Origin: Candidatus Latescibacterota bacterium
Lineage (GTDB): Bacteria > Latescibacterota > UBA2968
Assembly (NCBI GenBank): GCA_965222605.1
Contig: OZ244960.1
Coordinates: forward strand, 3,968,001-4,032,000
Length of the DNA: 64,000 bases
Direction of reading: 5' to 3'
Part shown: positions 61,056 through 64,000 of the stretch, in pieces
Layout of the letters: each line of letters opens with the position of its first letter
Numbering within the stretch: the stretch's first letter is position 1
The notes under the pieces: model-generated
Database searches by the model: none
Told to the model about the DNA's origin: nothing
The model's input: only the letters and a program-made list of their open reading frames with translations
Program-made: the position numbers and the translations under genes

Positions 61056-61912
61056 TGGAGAATGCAATGATACCAAAAACGGTTTATCGATTCGGCATTT
61101 TGGGACTTGTATTGACCATGGCTTGTAGCAAGGCGGCGGATCCAGAATATGTGGTTGAAGAATCCATTGTGGCGACGCCTGCGGGCACCGAGCATGTACA
61201 GGTTTTTGTTCCGGTCAGCACTTTTACGATGGGGTCGAGCGAGGGTCCTTCGAATGAGCGTCCGCCACACGAGGTGATGCTCGATGCATTTTATATCGAT
61301 AAATACGAGGTGACCAACGCACAGTATTTGGCTTATGTAGAGGCCACGGGAAGTGAACTTCCGCAGTACTTTCGAGTAGAGGGGTTTGACCAGCCCGATC
61401 AGCCAGCGGTGGGGGTTTTGTGGTCTCAGGCGCGGGATTATTGCCAGTGGGCAGGTTTGCAATTGCCGAGTGAAGCGCAGTGGGAGTTGGCCGCTGCGGG
61501 CATAGATGGGCGCGTGTTTCCCTGGGGTAATGAGCCTGCGAATGAATCGCTGTGCAATTTCAATTTTAGTACTGGTCCCATGCCTGTGGGCAGCTATCCA
61601 GATGGTGCAAGTCCTTATGGCGCGATGGATATGGCGGGCAATGTGTGGGAGTGGACGCTGGATGAATACCAGCATACGTATTACGCAAATAGCCCCAGGC
61701 ACAATCCGGTGAATTTAAAAAATTCAGGTATGGAAGATGGACCAGATCGCACGTTGCGCGGTGGGAGCTGGTTTTCGGCACAACCCAGTATCCGCGTGTT
61801 TGTGCGGAGTACGGTTTTGATTATGGAAGAGCAGGCTCTGTCGCGCGACGATTTTGATACCTATGAAATATTTGCCCATATTGGATTTCGGTGTGCGAGG
61901 GGAGAGCCTTAA
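61055..61912 (+). CDS. FGE-sulfatase (SUMF1/EgtB/PvdO) domain lipoprotein
   Basis: Lipobox TMAC; FTMGS, ERPPHEV, YEVTNAQY, LPSEAQWE, DMAGNVWEW, RGGSW, IGFRCA. Confidence 0.9.
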   Translation: MENAMIPKTVYRFGILGLVLTMACSKAADPEYVVEESIVATPAGTEHVQVFVPVSTFTMGSSEGPSNERPPHEVMLDAFYIDKYEVTNAQYLAYVEATGSELPQYFRVEGFDQPDQPAVGVLWSQARDYCQWAGLQLPSEAQWELAAAGIDGRVFPWGNEPANESLCNFNFSTGPMPVGSYPDGASPYGAMDMAGNVWEWTLDEYQHTYYANSPRHNPVNLKNSGMEDGPDRTLRGGSWFSAQPSIRVFVRSTVLIMEEQALSRDDFDTYEIFAHIGFRCARGEP

Positions 61913-62044
61913 TCGCGATACTGCTATCGCCGATAGTTGAGGATTGTATTAAAAAAGCCAATTTCCATTGTCATCGCATTGGTGGCCGTTGCTCTTGTGG
62001 GGGGACGGTTTACATTTTTTATTGGCGCATCAACAGGACAGGTT

Positions 62045-64000
62045 ATGCGGTTTGGGAAATTTCACATTTTATGGGTGATTCTGGTGTTCGCGTCGTGCAA
62101 TCGAGAACGCGAGGTGCCCAATTTGGTGCGTGCTTCTGAGCCGGGGTTTACGGGGCTGGAACGGTGCGCGATTTGCCATACCGACAAGTATGCCGAGTGG
62201 CGGCAGAGTTTGCACAGTGTCGCTATGACTGTGCCGAGTGATTCGACGATTGTGGGCGATTTTGGCAATGTGTCCCATGTATATGGTGGTGTGCGTTCGC
62301 GCATGTTTCGCAGGGGCGATGCATATGATATGGAGACTGAGGGCGAGGATGGGCGCGTTGAGACTTATCGCGTGGATTACGCGATTGGCTGGCGGCAGCA
62401 TCAGGCTTATTTGACGGCTTTTCCCAATGGCCGGTGGCAGGTGTTGCCCCTGTACCACGATGGGGCGACAGATGATTGGGTCGATGCACAAGAAGGGGGT
62501 GTGGTGGAACAGTCGCGGCCTCTGGCAAATGAGGATTATTATTATTGGACGAATGCGGGACGCACGTGGAATTTTCACTGTTTTGATTGCCATGCCAGCC
62601 GGGTGCAAAAACATTACGATGTGGCGACCCATACTTATCGCACGACAGTGGGCAGTCTGAGTATTGATTGCGAGGCGTGCCATGGTCCGTCGGGCAAACA
62701 CGATGAGACGCGCGGGCAGGTCGATGCCCCGCTGCATTTGCTGTTATTGCGGTCGCTGGATAAGGAACGGTCTGTTGAGGTGTGTGCACAGTGTCATGCC
62801 GCCAAGGAAATTGTGGCAACCGGGTATTTGCCGGGTGAAAATTTTTACGATTATTATTCTCTGGTATTGCCAGATGATGAGGCGATCTTCTATCCCGATG
62901 GACAGCCCCGGGTTTATTTGTATCCCGCGGCATTGCATTTGATGAGTGCGTGTTATATTCAGGGCGAGTTGACGTGTGCGACATGCCACGACGCGCACGG
63001 AACAGCGCGCGATGTCGATCTGGTGGCGGATCGGAATGGCGTGGGGTTGTGCGAGACGTGTCATGGTGATATCGCAGCCGATCCGGTCGCGCATGGGCAT
63101 CACCGCGCGGGTAGTGTGGGCAATCAATGCGTGCAATGTCATATGCCGTATCACTATGTGACGGGCGAAAATTTGACGGATCACCGCATTGCCTCTCCTG
63201 CACCGGAAAATACGGTGGTCAATGGCGTGCCCAATGCGTGCAATCAGTGTCACGGCGACAAGTCCCCGCAATGGGCTTCTTCGTGGGCAAAGCAGTGGTA
63301 TGGCGATTATCAGCGCGAAATTGTGGCGCGTACAACGGCGATTGCCAATGCGCAACAGGGCAATGGTGCGGCGCCGTTGATGCAGTTGATAAATGACGGT
63401 ACTGAGAGTGCGGTGTGGCGCGCAACGGCTGCGTCTTTGCTGGGCGGATTGGGGGATGCGCGTGCGGTGCCAAGACTTGTTGAGGCGATGGATGACCCGC
63501 ACGCGATGGTGCGGATGAAAACCGCGATTTCGCTGGGGCGTTTGGGCGATGTGCGCGGTCTGCCCGCGCTTTTGGAGGCGTTGTCCGATTCGGCGCGCAT
63601 TGTGCGGGTGCAAGCGCCGTTCGCGCTGATGGATATTGGCTATTTGCCGGATGGTTCTGCTATGGGCGATGCGTTTCGCCGGGCACTTGAAGAGCATCGC
63701 GATGTGGTATATGGCGTGCAGGGCGACGATCCGGGTTTTCACGAGAGTTTGGGACAGGTCTATGAAGCGCAGGGGCGTTTTGAAGATGCAAGGCGGGAAT
63801 TTGAGATTGTTGCGAGACTCGATCCGCGGCATCCGGAGACTGCGGTAGATCTGGCGCGATTGGCGCGAAAACAGAAGCGTTTTGAACAGATGAGGGGGCG
63901 ACTGAAGGGGAAGGGCGATTTGATTTCTCGGTTGCGCGCAGGTGCATTGCTGTTGCATCATGGGCACTATGCAGATGCTGCGGCTGTTTTTGATGATGTG
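62045..64000 (+). CDS. Multiheme c-type cytochrome lipoprotein with HEAT and TPR repeats, truncated by window edge
   Basis: Translated by hand from ATG 62045 (MRFGKFHILWVILVFASC); eight CxxCH motifs (CAICH, CFDCH, CEACH, CAQCH, CATCH, CETCH, CVQCH, CNQCH), then HEAT-like repeats. Absent from the ORF track. Confidence 0.88.
   Translation, partial: MRFGKFHILWVILVFASCNREREVPNLVRASEPGFTGLERCAICHTDKYAEWRQSLHSVAMTVPSDSTIVGDFGNVSHVYGGVRSRMFRRGDAYDMETEGEDGRVETYRVDYAIGWRQHQAYLTAFPNGRWQVLPLYHDGATDDWVDAQEGGVVEQSRPLANEDYYYWTNAGRTWNFHCFDCHASRVQKHYDVATHTYRTTVGSLSIDCEACHGPSGKHDETRGQVDAPLHLLLLRSLDKERSVEVCAQCHAAKEIVATGYLPGENFYDYYSLVLPDDEAIFYPDGQPRVYLYPAALHLMSACYIQGELTCATCHDAHGTARDVDLVADRNGVGLCETCHGDIAADPVAHGHHRAGSVGNQCVQCHMPYHYVTGENLTDHRIASPAPENTVVNGVPNACNQCHGDKSPQWASSWAKQWYGDYQREIVARTTAIANAQQGNGAAPLMQLINDGTESAVWRATAASLLGGLGDARAVPRLVEAMDDPHAMVRMKTAISLGRLGDVRGLPALLEALSDSARIVRVQAPFALMDIGYLPDGSAMGDAFRRALEEHRDVVYGVQGDDPGFHESLGQVYEAQGRFEDARREFEIVARLDPRHPETAVDLARLARKQKRFEQMRGRLKGKGDLISRLRAGALLLHHGHYADAAAVFDDV

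Noticed and set aside
58984-63967. Long minus-strand ORFs (58984-59751, 59748-60935, 62223-63203, 62744-63967) and similar ones at 37404, 48172 and 55451
   Set aside because: Antisense shadows of well-supported genes, with no recognisable motifs.

Overview
Bacterial genomic window with no rRNA, tRNA, CRISPR array or transposase detected. The host is probably of the Latescibacterota/Gemmatimonadota type; this is inference from the GWxTD protein, the EF-hand/dockerin-like C-terminal sorting tail and the selenoproteins. Left flank: housekeeping and transport genes (YkgJ-like, eno, cNMP-binding protein, TPR lipoprotein, TAXI-TRAP transporter). Centre (about 6.5-37.2 kb, all + strand, visibly AT-richer from about 14.5 to 34.6 kb): an unusual biosynthetic island. 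A giant Ser/Thr kinase-STAND ATPase-TPR-GAF-sigma54 activator lies directly upstream of enhancer-like repeats, a consensus -24/-12 promoter, a 53-aa Cys-containing precursor-like peptide and an RRE-radical SAM/SPASM maturase. Downstream are an ACP, an S8 protease fused to a DUF1611/TIGR04066-like domain, a redoxin, a second 74-aa precursor-like peptide enclosed by nested long-range inverted repeats, transporters, a beta-propeller lipoprotein, rhodanese, MauE/DoxX, a BtrH-like acyltransferase and several sugar-modifying enzymes, punctuated by three families of repeated structured intergenic elements. Right flank: catabolic genes, rfbA, two selenoprotein genes split by the ORF track at in-frame UGA codons (a sulfurtransferase and a secreted UxxC redoxin), an aquaporin, a compact YcaO-like gene and a partial octaheme cytochrome c.
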